Below are positions 44,901 to 58,941 of a DNA stretch of 64,000 nucleotides, piece by piece; within the stretch, counting starts at the first letter, position 1; each line of letters starts with the position of its first letter. Source of the DNA: Octopus sinensis (Eukaryota). Location of the stretch: contig NC_042998.1 of the NCBI RefSeq assembly GCF_006345805.1, forward strand, positions 49,538,001-49,602,000, written 5' to 3'. Position numbers and translations under genes: made by a program. Under the pieces are notes generated by a model. That model searched no databases. It was not told the DNA's origin and was given only the letters and a program-made list of their open reading frames with translations.

Positions 44901-47900
44901 TCCTGTTGAATCAACGATCATTCATTCATTATTGTAATAATAGCATGAGAAAGCAAAATGCTTTCAATTCTCTCAGTATACAAGCAGCCCTCAATAAACT
45001 TTCTGTGATTAAAGTAGCCTGCAATGTAATTTAAGTTGGCCAAGCCTGGTCTTGGGCTTGTGTAATACAGTGATCCCTTGCTACTTCGCAGTTCAACTAT
45101 TGTGGATTCACGACTTCGCGGATTTAAAATATATATATATGAATACCTAAAATTTTTCATTGGTCTTTGAACGGAAAAAGAAGCAGTGGCAGCAACTTCC
45201 TATCACAATGTTTTTGCAGCCTCTCAAAAAAGAGCCAGTTCCTGCTGCTACTACTACGGTTGCACCTTCGGAAGAAGTGGAAGAGGTGTTCCAGGAAAGG
45301 GCACCGTCATCAGCTTCATCATCATCATTTCTACTGCACAGCAAATTCATCACCATCATCATTCAAATTTTACTTCAACTACTTTCGTGTTGAGTACAGT
45401 AAAAATCTTTATTTTTTAAATCTAAAGTGTTATTGCTTAACAGTCGCCCTTGTTATTAATAGACTACTGTAATGGGTGGGTTGCTAACAGAACAGGGAGG
45501 GTTTGAAAAGTCCAAATACACGTTAAATAAATAATGTAAATATGGTGTCCCTACTTCGCGGAAATTCAGTTATTGTGGCCGGTCTCGGAACCAATCTACT
45601 GCAATAAATGAGGGATCACTGTATGAGACTAAAAGTGTTCACACAAGGAAAACATCTACCCACAAAACTATGTGACAACAACAACAACAATGATGCAGGT
45701 GATAACGAAGACATGAACGAAAATGGTTACAATGACGGTTACAAATGCTGCCAACACCAATGAAAACACCACTGCTATGGCATTGATTTTGATGTCAGGA
45801 GTATTGGTGCTGTAATGACAATGATGTCTGCAACAAGAGTAGTTTAGATGTATTTGTATTTAGCATTTATCATATTCATTTTTTCAATCTTTTAGTGTTG
45901 AATATTTCAAATGAAATTCATTTACTACTGTTTTTTTTTCCTTTACAGAATTTCAAGCTTTCTATAATTGGGAATAGTGCCAAAAAGAAAAGAGATGCAA
46001 CAGTTTCAAAAGGAGATATGCTCAATTCTCATGCTTTTCCTTCTACCATTCCTAAGGAATCTAATTTTTGGGTATCTTATACATTTTAACTATTTAACTT
46101 ATCATAAAGGTTTTTAAATGTACATGTGCTCTTCTACTGCTGATTTACTTCCTAAATTACAATATTAACCCATTCACTTTTAAACCAGCCATATCCAGCT
46201 CAAATATTCTTCATATTTTATGTTAAAACTGGCCAGCTCCAACCTCTCACACCAAACCTACAATGTCATTTTGAAAATATACAAACACACCATTGAAATC
46301 TTGAAACTACAAGATAACGTGAGATTAATTCAAAACAAAGTGAATAAATACTGTAAATCCTCGATGATAATCCGCATTTTTTTCCCAAAATTTAAAAGTC
46401 AAAAGTCAAAAAAGTGTGTACTATATATGAGGTTAAAAATGAAAAATATTTTCTAAGCAATGTTCAAGTCTCTATTTGCTGTCTGGCTATGTTTATTCAG
46501 ATGCATTTTGTGATGTTGGGCACGAAAATACCTTAAGCTAAACCTGAAAGCAATGAAGTCATAAAAGAATCATCCATAAATTGCAGTAAGCAACATTTAT
46601 TAAAATAAAAGTATTCAGAACACAGAATAACATATAACAAAAACAATTTGCAAACATATTTACATTCCCATATAACAGTTAAGAACATCACCATTATTGT
46701 ATTACGCATGCGTGGAAGCATTTGTTCAACTAGGTGCTGCTAGCTTAATTATGCACGACTCAAGTTGGAGAAGGGGTGCATATTATACACAAGGTTTAGG
46801 TTTTTCAGAAATACAGCCCCCTAAAAATCCCCTGCGTATTATACTCAAGGGCGGACCTATACTCAAGGATTTACAGTTAGCAATACATTTGACAAAGAAA
46901 TTTGGATGCTAAAGGCTTAATAAATCTTTGGTATTCTAGGCTAAACTCTCTTGACCTACCATTCTTTCATACATATATATTACTTTCTAATCTTTTTGAC
47001 TTAGATTGTTGTATTTCTCTATGACTGTTTTCAGTGAAATTTTAAAATTTCTAGTTATATAAACTTGTTTCACTGAAAATTTTAAATGTACATTTAAAAT
47101 TGCATATTTACAACTGTTCTCATTCTTATTAAATGAAAAATGTAAATTCCAACAGAAATCTATTTTGAAAGTATTTATTTTGGAGATTTCATGGCTGTGT
47201 AGTAGGCTTGCTTCCCAACCACACGGTTAGGGGTTCAGTCCCACTGTATGGCACCTTGGGCAAGTGTCTTCTACTTTAGCCTCAGGATGACCAAAGCCTT
47301 GTGAGTGGATTTGGTAGACAGAAACTGAAAGAGGCCTGTCATATGTGTGTGCATGTGAGTGTGTGTGTGTATTTTGTGTTGGTTTTTTCCACCACCGCTT
47401 GACAACTGGTGTTCGTGTCTTTATGTCCCTGTAACTTATTGCTTGGCCACAGTCTAATGACTGAAACAAGTAAAAGATTTTAAAAAAATGGATGCTGATC
47501 ATAGTTTAATCAAGAGTGAGGTAAATGCAGTAAAAATAGTGGGGGTCAGTGGGACCCTATTTAAGTGGCCCTTCAGAAATTGAACCTCCTTACGATATTC
47601 CCTGGGAGTTCATGGTATGAAATTCATTGTCATTGCTCCAGTTTCATTGCCTATGCCATGCATTTAGTTTAAAATGCAGTAAAATTAGGGGAGTCAATGG
47701 GGCCCCAATTAGGCAGCTCTTAAAAAAATAGACACCCCTTAGGACATTCCCTGGGATTAGGGAAGTTGCTGGTTTCAGTTTCATTGTTCTTGCACCAACG
47801 GTCTAGGAGGAGTTAAAGAGCATAAAAACCTAACAGACAGAGAAACATCACTCAAATTTATATTACGATATATATATATATATATATATAATATATATAT

Positions 47901-48139
47901 ATATAATATTATTAGAGACAAAACCACTATTTTGCAAAACAAACAAGGAAAGACTTAATCAATACATAAAATTTTAATAAAAAGTCAAATGATGTTGGGA
48001 GGGGAGACAAATACAAACACACACACACATATACATATATTAGTTGTCTCTAATAATATTATATAATATTTTACTATAAAATTGGATTTAATCCTAAATC
48101 TGATTTTTCCCTGTAAATTTGGATTTATTCCCTAATATT

Positions 48140-48184
<45 letters not shown>

Positions 48185-48611
48185 GGCACAGGAGTGGCTG
48201 TGTGGTAAATAGCTTGCTTAAGAACCACATGGTTCCGGGTTCAGTCCCACTGCATGGCACCTTGGGCAAGTGTAGTCTACTATAGCCTCGGGCCGACCAA
48301 AGCCTTGTGAGTGGATTTGGTAGATGGAAACTGAAAGACGCCCGTCGCATATATTTATATATATATTTATATGTGTGTGTGTGTGTGTGTGTGTTTGTAT
48401 TTGTCTCCCCTCCCAACATCATTTGACAACCGATGCTGGTATGTTTACATCCTTGTAACTTAGCAGTTCAGCAAAAGAGACCGATAGTATAAGTACTAGG
48501 CTTACAAAGAATAAGTTCTGGGGTTGATTTGCTCAACTAAAGATGGTGCTCTAGCATGGCCACAGTCAAATGACTGAAACAAGTAAAAGAGTATGTATAT
48601 ATGTATGTATG

Positions 48612-48666
<55 letters not shown>

Positions 48667-51600
48667 ATGTATGTATATATTTGTGTGTGCATATATATGT
48701 ATGTATGTATACATTTGTGTATGTGTGTATATATATATATAGGGAGAGAGAGAGAGAGATGTAGATATGAAATTGTATGAAAGTTTGGGAAATTGTAATG
48801 TCCCAAACTTAGTACAGAAGATGTATTGTATATTCATATACAAGTTGAATGTTAGTTGAAAAAGGCTCAGCTTTTTTAATAAATTTATTTTTTTTAAAAT
48901 GTGACCATAAAAATTAATTCAAATTAAATTATATATTCATTTCATCATATAAAAAAAAAAAAAAAAGCCATACAATTCTTAAAACTTAAATTTCTTAAGA
49001 ATACTGGAATTAACTTTATTTCTGATCTATTATTCCATTCTGTTTGTATCTGCAGGCTGAGCCTTCCCCTATGTCTCGAAGTTTGCTCAATGGTAATGTT
49101 GCTGAAGACTGTAAGTCTAAATTTATATTTATATAGAAATCTAACCTTCATATATTGCTTCATTAGGTGGCAAGCTGGCAGAAACATTAGCACGCCAGGC
49201 GAAATGCTTAGCGGCATTTTGTCTGCCGTTATGTTCTGAGTTTAAATTTCGTCGAGGTCGACTTTGCCTTTCATCCTTTTGGGGTCGATAAATTAAGTAC
49301 CAGTTACGCACTGGGGTCGATGTAATCGTCTTAATACCTATGTCTGTCCTTGTTTGTCCCCTCTATGTTTAGCCCCTTGTGGGTAATAAAGAAATAGGTA
49401 TTTTGTCTGCCGTTACGTTCTGAGTTCAAATTTCACCGAGGTCGACTTTGCCTTTCATCCTTTTGGGGTCAATAAATTAAGTACCAGTTACTCACTGGGG
49501 TCGATGTAATCGACTTAATCCGTTTGTCTATCCTTGTTTGTCTCCTCTGTGTTTAGCCCCTTGTGGGTAGTAAAGAAATAATATATTGCTTCATTTGATG
49601 GTTTTTATTTGCTTTTTCCTGAAATATTTTCCAAGGTGTTTCAAGATGCTTTTATTATTTTTTTTTCTTTTTAAGAATTTCTTTTATTGTTTAGTCTGAA
49701 GAGAAAGCACTGCTCAGGAGATCCTTTAGAAGGCTCCTGAAGCTGGTAGGAGGGAAGGAGAAAAGTATCTTCGAAGTGGAGACTAGGTTTCAATGCTTGC
49801 AATAGAGTGGACTTCACTAAAAGCTCTGAAGGACTGGTGGTGGTGTTAAACTGGTCCTTGAGTGGCATTAATAGAGCCCATTTTGAAGCTTTTTTGCTAG
49901 GTCTCTGGTTCCAGGATATTTCTGACACCTTCCTTCCTCCCATTAATTTTTAGAAGCCATATAAAATATTTTGAGTATTGCCTGAATGTTATGTAAATTA
50001 AAATGTTACTAATTATTTGAATTAATATTTTAAATAATTTAAGGTGGTGAGCTGGTGGAATCGTTAGCACTCCAGGCAAAATGTTTAGCAGCATTTCGTC
50101 TGTCTTTACATTCTAGGTTCAAATTCTGCTGAGGTTGATTCTGCCTTTCATCCCTTTAGGATCAATAAAATAAGTACCAGTTGAGCACTGGGATTGATGT
50201 CATTGAATTTCTTCCCTTGAAATTGCTGGCCTTGAGTCAAAATTTGAAAGCGACATCTTAAATAATTTATATCAAGCATTTATGACTCCGTCAATTTTAT
50301 TTTTATCATTTTGTCTTCTTTTGTTTTCAGACTCGACGGATTCTTTATCTGGAATGTTTTATGATCTAACATTGAGGTAATGTCTATTTTCTAAAACTCT
50401 TTGTGAAAAATTGTTTTGAAGGGATATGCAGTTTTTTTTTTTTATTGGGATGTTCAATAATATGCAGGAGTGGCTGTGTGGTAAGTAGCTTGCTTACCAG
50501 CCACACGGTTCCTGGTTGAGTCCCACTGTGTGGCACTTTGGGCAAGTGTCTTCTACTATAGCCTTGAGCCAACCAAAGCCTTGTGAGTGGATTTGGTAGA
50601 CGGAAACTGAAAGAAGCCCGTCGAATATATATGTATATATATATATGTGTGTCTGTGTTTCCCCCCCCCAACATCGCTTGACAACCGCTAAGTAACGGGG
50701 ACGTAAACACACAAACATCGCTTGACAACCGATGTTGGTGTTTTTACGTCCCCGTTACTTAGCGGTTTGGCAAAAGAGACTGATAGAATAAGTACTAGGC
50801 TCGACTAAAAAGCGGTGCTCCAGCATGGCCGCAGTCAAATGACTGAAACAAGTAAAAGAGTAAAAGAGTAATGCAGTTATGATACTAATGAGAACCACAG
50901 ATGTCTTAGTTGATAGCTCAATGGTTCTCAACCATTTTCTGCCTATAGATCCCTTTGATTCCTATTTTACTCTACCAGACTCCCATAGCTATTCAATGTA
51001 TATAAAAACAATCCTACTGGATGGTTTCTGAGGAGAGGTGGCAATTTTATTACATTGACTCAGTACTTGAATTATTTTATCAACCACAAAAAGATGAAAG
51101 GTAAAGTCAACCTGGGCAGAATTTGTACTCAGAATCTAGGAAGTAAGACCAAATACCACAAGTCATTTTTCTGACATTGTAATAATTCTGCCAATCTGCT
51201 GCCATTATTTCTAAAATATTTCTTTCAAATTTTGGTACAAGGCCAGCAATTTTTAGTGAGGGGAAGGAGGAAGTCGGTTACATTAATCCCAGTACTTGAC
51301 TGTGGAGGCACATGGCTTAGTGGTTAGGGGTGTTGGACTCATGATCATAAGATTGTGGTTTCGATTCCTGGACCGTGCGACACATTGTGTTCTTGAGCAA
51401 AACACTTCATTTCACATTGCTCCAGTCTACTCAGCTGGCAAAAATGAGTAATCCTGCAACAGATTGATGTCCAGTCCAGTGGGGAATATATATGTTAGAG
51501 AAACTGGAAAACCGGCCCTATGAGTCTGTATAACACAGGAAGGACCTATCAGTATTTGACTAGTACTACATCAAAAAGATGAAAGGCAAAGTCAACCTCA

Positions 51601-52897
51601 ACAGAATTTGAACTCTAAGCATAATGGGTTGGTACAAATACCATAAAGTACTTTTCTAACACTTCTGACAATTCTGTTGGCTTGCTGACCTTACTCTGAG
51701 GCGACTCTTGTTATCGTTAGGCCTAACTCAGCATAAAACAAATATCACTATGAGTGCGCAATGATGCCATCAACAGGTAGGTCCTGAAACGACATGCATT
51801 CTGTCCTGATGACCCCATAAACTTGCTAACATCCTGTATGTGAAGCTTTCAACTGGTAACACTTGCAACTGCAAGTTGTTTGCAAAAAATCTGATTTATT
51901 TATTTTTTTTACTTGTTTCAGTCATGTGACTGTGGCCATGCTGGAGCACTACATTTAGTCGAGCAAATCAACCCCAGGACTTATTCTTTGTAAGCCTAGT
52001 ACTTATTCTATCAGTCTATTTTGCCGAACCGCTAAGTTATGGGGAGATAGACACACCAGCATCGGTTGTCAAGCGATGTTGGTGGGGACAAACACACAAA
52101 CATATACACACACATACACACATATATATATACGATTGACTTCTTTCAGTTTCCGTCTACTAAATCCACTCACAAGGCTTTGGTCGGCCCAAGGCTATAG
52201 TAGAAGACAGTTGCCCAAGGTGCCACACAGTGGGACTTGAACCCGGAACCATGTGGTTCGTAAGCAGGCTACTTACCACACAGCCACTCTTACGCCTATA
52301 GTAATAACATTTATATAATTTGTTCTAAAATCACACTCTATTCTTTTTTTATTTTTTGTCTTTCAACAGAAATGATGGTATACAGAAGATAAATTTCTCT
52401 TTACCAGATAATCTTACCACTTGGGAGATTCAAGGTTTCGGAATTATTGATAATTCACATTTCTGTGTGGCTGAATTAGTTGAAGTGAAAACTTTCAAAA
52501 GTTTTGTTGTCAAAATGAATTTCCCTAAAGTTATAAAGCAATTTAATTTTACAATGATTACGGTTCTTCTATATAACTATAAGAATACAGCTCTGCAAGT
52601 AAGTTCCAGCATTACATTTATAAGTTTTTCCATTCAGTTTCATCATCATCCCCATCATCAACATCATCGTCGTCATTGTCTTGTGATCGTATTCATCATC
52701 ATCATTGTCCTGCTCCTCCTCTTCATCATCATTATCGTCATTTTATCATCATTATTATTGCCAATACTGTCATCATCATCATCATCATCATGAAGTTATT
52801 ATCATCATTATTGTCCTTGCTGTCATCATCATCATCATCATCATCATATTCAATCACTTTGTCATCATCACCACTGTCATTATTACCATTGTCGTCG

Positions 52898-52933
<36 letters not shown>

Positions 52934-55900
52934 CCATCATCATCATCATGAAGTTATTATCATCATTATTGTCCTTGCTGTCATCATCATCCTCATCCTC
53001 ATCATATTCAATCACTTTGTAATCATCACCACTGTCATTATTACCATTGTCATCATCGTCATTATCATCCTCGTTGTTGTCGTCATCATCATCATTATCA
53101 TTTATTTCTGCTTCCCATGCCAGAATGAGTTGGTATGTATTAGACCATGTCAGTTCGTATTTATTTGGAGTTATTTGTGTATGTGTGTTATCGTGTTGTG
53201 TTCCGTGTGTGCTGAGTGTGTGATGTGTTTATGTGTGTATGTGTGTGTGTGTGCACATTAGTGTATACATTTGTGCACATGCATGTGTGTGGTTATGCAG
53301 ATGTTTACATTTTGTGCTTCTCATTTAAATTGCTGAGCTGTAGATGGTGACGTTTGCTGACATTTCTCAGTCAGCAAATCATTTAGTAGCTCTGTGCTTT
53401 CAAAGAGGAGTAAAAAAGAATTCCCTTACATGAAAAACAGGTATGGATCAGTAACAAGAAGGTTATCCAGCTATAAGACAATGCCTCAATAATATTTATT
53501 TGTTTAACTTTTGTTGTGGAGGTGTGTGACTTAGTGGTTAGGGTGTCGGCATCATGATTGTAAGGTTGTGGTTTCGTTTCCTGGACTGGGTGACACGTTG
53601 TGTTCTTGAGCAAAACACTTCATTTCACGTTACTCCAGTCCACTCAGCTGGCAAAAATGAGTAACACTGCAATGGATTGGTGTCCCTTCCAGCTGGGGAA
53701 CACGTACACCATTGAAACTGGGAAACCGGGCCCATGAGCCTGGCGAGGCTTTAAAAGGGTGTATTTATTTTTTTATTTTAAGTTTTGTTAGTATGGAAAA
53801 ATGGACCAGCTGTAAAACCCATGCCAAAACCCACCTTACCAGTACTGGTGCTACATAAAAAGTACTTAGTCCACATTGTAAGGTGGTTGGTGTTAGAAAG
53901 GGCATCCAGCCATAAAAACCATGTAAAAACAGACAGTGAGACCTGTCAAACCATCTAATCCAATGGTTCTCAACTATTTTTTTCCTGTGGACCCCATTGA
54001 TTTTTCTTTTACTTGGGTGGACTCCCATAACCATTTGTTATTTTAAAAAATCCCATATTTTTACATTTAAATATCGTTGGGAATCACATAAAAAGAATTT
54101 GTTAATATATTTTGTGTATAGTAAAAGTATAAGCAATATATTGTAGATAAATTTTAACTACAACATCTTATATGGACCCTGCAAGGGCCAATTAGACCCC
54201 AGTTGAGAACCACTGGTCCAATCTGTACCTGCATGAAAAATGGATGTTACATGGTGGTGGTGATGGTGGTGACGATGACGATGATATGTTTTGTTTTGTC
54301 TTACAAATTAAACCATTTTTATTTTCCTTTTTTGTTCCTAGGTACAAGTTACACTTCATGAATCAGCAGATGTTTGCTCATATGTCGATGGAAATGGACA
54401 TCATTATGAAACAAGTGTTAATATTGAAGCAAACGAGTCTAAATCTATCTTTTTTGTTATTCGGCCTCTTAATTTAGGAAAATTTCCCCTTAAGGTCTCT
54501 GCAAGAGATACTGGATCAAATTATATAGAAATCATTGAAGAAGAAATGTTTGTTCAAGCGAATACTCCAAAAGTAAATAATATATTAATTTGTCTTCTAT
54601 CTTTCACTTGTTTCAGTCATTAGATTGCACCTATGTTGGGATGTCTTGCAAACAACTTGCACATGCAAGTGCTACCAGTCAAAAACTCCTCATACCAGAA
54701 GCCAGTAAGTGTATGGGGTCATCAGGAGAGAATGTGTGCCGTTTCGGGGCCTACCTCTCGACGGCATCAATGCACACTGATATGAGGCCCCGCTTTCTAG
54801 ATCAGCTGGTTATCAAATAAATCTCAATATTCTTCTAGCCATTGCTCATCGTCTCTTTTTAACCAAATCCAGTGGCTAGCCTTCTCCACTGTAGTTTGGA
54901 TATCGGTCATGGTGGTATTGATTTTATGATGAGTTAGGCCTAACGATAACAACAGTCGTCTCACGCTGTGTCCAACAAGCCCTCTACATCCACTGCTTTG
55001 AAGGCTTTCGTCAAACAAATTGCCCTGAGAACTTATTTTTTTAAAGCCAGTTTCATCGATTTCTTTTGCTAAAGTGCTAAGTGACAGGGGTGTAAACAAA
55101 CTAACATTGGTTGTCAAGTGGTGGTGGTTGTGGTGGTGGGGACAAGCACAAACACAAGGGTACACACATACAGATATATGCACACACACATACACACACA
55201 CACATTTATATATATATGATGGGTTATTTCAGTTTCCATCTACCAAATCCACTCACAAGTCCTTGGTTGGCTTGGGATTATAGCAGAAGGCACTTTCCCA
55301 ATGTGCCATGAAGTGGACCTGAACCCAATCAGGGAATCAAACCCATGATCTAGCGATCAAGAATGCAACAGCCTAACCACTAGGCCACATGCCTTCTCTT
55401 TTTCTCCGTAATTTCCGCACTCACTTGATGGAGAAGGGATCAGGATGTTGCTGAGCTGTAGTTTATTATATGGTGCAAGCACACAGTGCATGTTGAGTGC
55501 CTCGACAGGCACCAACACAGCCGATGGGCAAATTTTAGTCGAGAACAGTGTTGGTTGGGGAGTTTGAGTGAGGCAGCATGCCTATCAAACAATTTTAAAA
55601 AGTACTGTGGATAAAAAATTTTCATTAAAATTTCTTGTTAATTCATGTACAAAACCAAGGTAGCAAACTGGCAGAATCATTAGCACACTCAGCAAAGTGC
55701 TTAGTAACGTTTTGTCCATCTTCACTTTCTGAGTTCAAATCCTACTGAAGTCAGCTTTGCCTTTCATTCTTTAGTGGGGGGGGGGGGGGGTCAATAAAAA
55801 AGTACAAGTTGAGTACTGGAGTGATGTAATTTACTTACTCTTCCTCTGAGGTTGTTGGCCTTGTGTACTTATTTTTTTAAAAGTCTAGCACTTATTCTAT

Positions 55901-56389
55901 TGGTGTCTTTTTGCTGAACTGCTATGTCACTGGGTTGTAAACAAACCAACACCAGTTGTCAAATAGTGGTGGAGAGGGACAAACAAACACAATGACACAT
56001 ACACACACATACACACACATGATGGGTTTCCACACATCTACCAGATTCACTCAAAATGTATTGATCAGCTTGATGCTATAGTAGAAGAATAAAAAAATTT
56101 TAAAAAGCCACTCACCCATGATGTACAGTGGGACTGAGCCTGAAATCATGTTGTTGGAAAGCAAGCTTCTTAACCACACCACACAGCCATGCTTGTACCT
56201 CCTTTACTTGTTTCAGTCATTTGACTGCGGCCATGCTGGAGCACTGCCTTTAGTCGAGCAAATCGACCCCAGGACTTATTCTTTGTAAGCCTAGTACTTA
56301 TTCTATCGGTCTCTTTTGCCAAACCGCAAAGTTACGAGGAGGCAAACACACCAGCATCGGTTGTCAAGCGATGTTGGGGAGACAAACAT

Positions 56390-56423
<34 letters not shown>

Positions 56424-58186
56424 TATATACGACGGGCTTCTTTCAGTTTCCGTCTACCAAATCCACCCACAAGGCTTTGTTGGCCCGAGGCTATAGTAGA
56501 AGACACTTGCCCAAGGTGCCATACAGTAGGACTGAACCTGGAACTATGTGGTTGGTAAGCAAGCTACTTACCACACAGCCACTCCTACACCTGTTGAATA
56601 TTCTTACTTTCATTTAAAAATTTTTTGTAAATATTTAAAGTGCACGATTTTTTGATAATGAAATAGTATTTGTATTTTTGTTTTGATTTGTTTAACAGTC
56701 TGAAAAAAAAGAAAATAAAACCTCGACCAACAATAACCTTCCGGTTGAGAAAGTTCCAGATAATGAAATATCAGTTAAAAATCGTATGTAGAAAATTGGA
56801 TTCAATCAAAACTCTATTACACTTACGTTTGATTTTTATTTTCATATTTTAAAATTTTGCATTAATTTTTAAATGTACCATATATTCTACCATACAAGTC
56901 CATGTAATACATAGTGTAAATAAGGCTGCGAGCTGGCAGAATTGTTAGCACACAGGACAAAATGCTGCCAAGCATTTGGCCATTCTTTTATTCTTTCATT
57001 CTTTTACTTGTTTCAGTTATTTGATTGCAGCCATGCTGGAGCACTGCCATGAAGGGTTTTAGTAGAACAAATTAAACCCAGGGCTTATTTCTTAAGCCTA
57101 GTACTTATTTTATTGGTGTCCTTTGCTGAACACACCAACACCAGTTGTTAAGTGGTGATGGGGAAGGGGACAAGCACAGACAGAAAGACACATACGCACA
57201 CATACACACATATATATGACAGGCTTCTTTCAGTTTCCATCTACCAAATCTACTCTCAAGCCTCGAGACTTGCCCAAGGTGCCATGCGGTGGGACTGATC
57301 CCAGGACCATGTGGTTAGGAAGCAAGCTTCTTACCACATTGCCATACCTGCACCATCTTTATATTCTGAGTCGAAATGCTGTTGACGTCAATTTTGCTTT
57401 CCATCAACTTAGCCCCTTCTCCAAAACTGTTGGCCTTGTGCCAGAAATTTGAAACCAATATATTGTGTAAACATGCAGTGTAAATATTCAAACATTGTCA
57501 CTATTTTTCCAAATTCTGCTACATTTCACATGGAATTTTTGGTCCTCCAAAGTTGTCTTGGTGTATAAATTGGTCTACCTGTTTTGGTCCGTAAATTTTA
57601 GCCTAAAAACTTTGACTTGTATGCCTGGAAAATATGATATAAAAATTTCATGACAAATATTTTTCAAATTAGATATTAAAAAAACTTATATTATAGTTAT
57701 CTCATTTCATCATCATCATCATCACCATTGCTTTTAAGGTCCACTTTTCCATCATCATCATCATCATCATCATCATCGTTTAATGTCCGTTTTCCGCGCT
57801 AGCACGGGTTGGACGGTTTCGACCGGGGTCTGGGGAGCTCGGGACTGCCCCAGGCTCCAATCTAGTCTGGCAGTGTTTCTACAGCTGGATGCCCTTCCTA
57901 ACGCCAACCACTCCGCGAGTGTAGTGGGTGTTTTTTACGTGCCACCTGCACAGGTGCCAGAGAGGTCTGGCATCGGCCACGCTTATTCAAATCAGATTGA
58001 GGTAGATTTTCTATGGCTGGATACCCATCCTGTCACCAACCTTCACCTGTTTCCTAGCAAAGAAGTATTTCTCCATGGTTAGACATATTCTCATAGAAAA
58101 ATAGAAATGAACAACACCTCTGTTATGGAGGGGATATTCCTTTACAGCCATCACATGGCAATGAGAAACAAACACACACACATTTC

Positions 58187-58226
<40 letters not shown>

Positions 58227-58882
58227 CATGCATGCATGCATATATGCCTGCACACACACACACACACATACACACACAAACAAACAAACAAACAACACAT
58301 TTTCATTCAGATATACTTTACTTGAAATAATGCATAATTCATTTACATTCTGACATTGAATTTGAAACCGTTAATTTTTCCTTTTCTTTTTTATTGCACT
58401 AGGTTATTTATTTAGCAGTATTGTGAAAACTGCTTTGACTGAACCTGGAAAATTGATACGCATGTCTTATGGATCTGGAGAACAAAATATTATTTACATG
58501 GCATTAACAATTTATGCTCTAAAATATCTCAGGAATACTATCCAGATGGATGAGAAAGTGTATGAGAATGGGAAAGAATTCATAAGAATGGGTAAAGTTA
58601 ATTTTAAACTCAATCTATGTTCTTAATTATCCGACATATATAATACAAAATTCTATATCTGTAACATAATTTGCCTTCATTTATAATGGCTATTTGGATT
58701 AATTGCATTTATAGGCGTAGGAGTGGCTGTGTAGTAAGTAGCTTGCTTACGAACCACATGGTTCCAGGTTCAGTCCCATTGCGTGGCACCTTGGGCAAGT
58801 GTCTCCTACTATAGCCTCGGGCTGACCAAAGTCTTGAGAGTAGATTTGGTAGATGGAAACCGAAAGAAGCCCATCGTATATA

Positions 58883-58941
<59 letters not shown>

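Noticed and set aside
45670-45770. Asn/Asp-rich frame ending GYKCCQHQ, considered as an anaphylatoxin remnant
   Set aside because: Low complexity, in-frame stop, no acceptor, and it lies before rather than after the KKKR site
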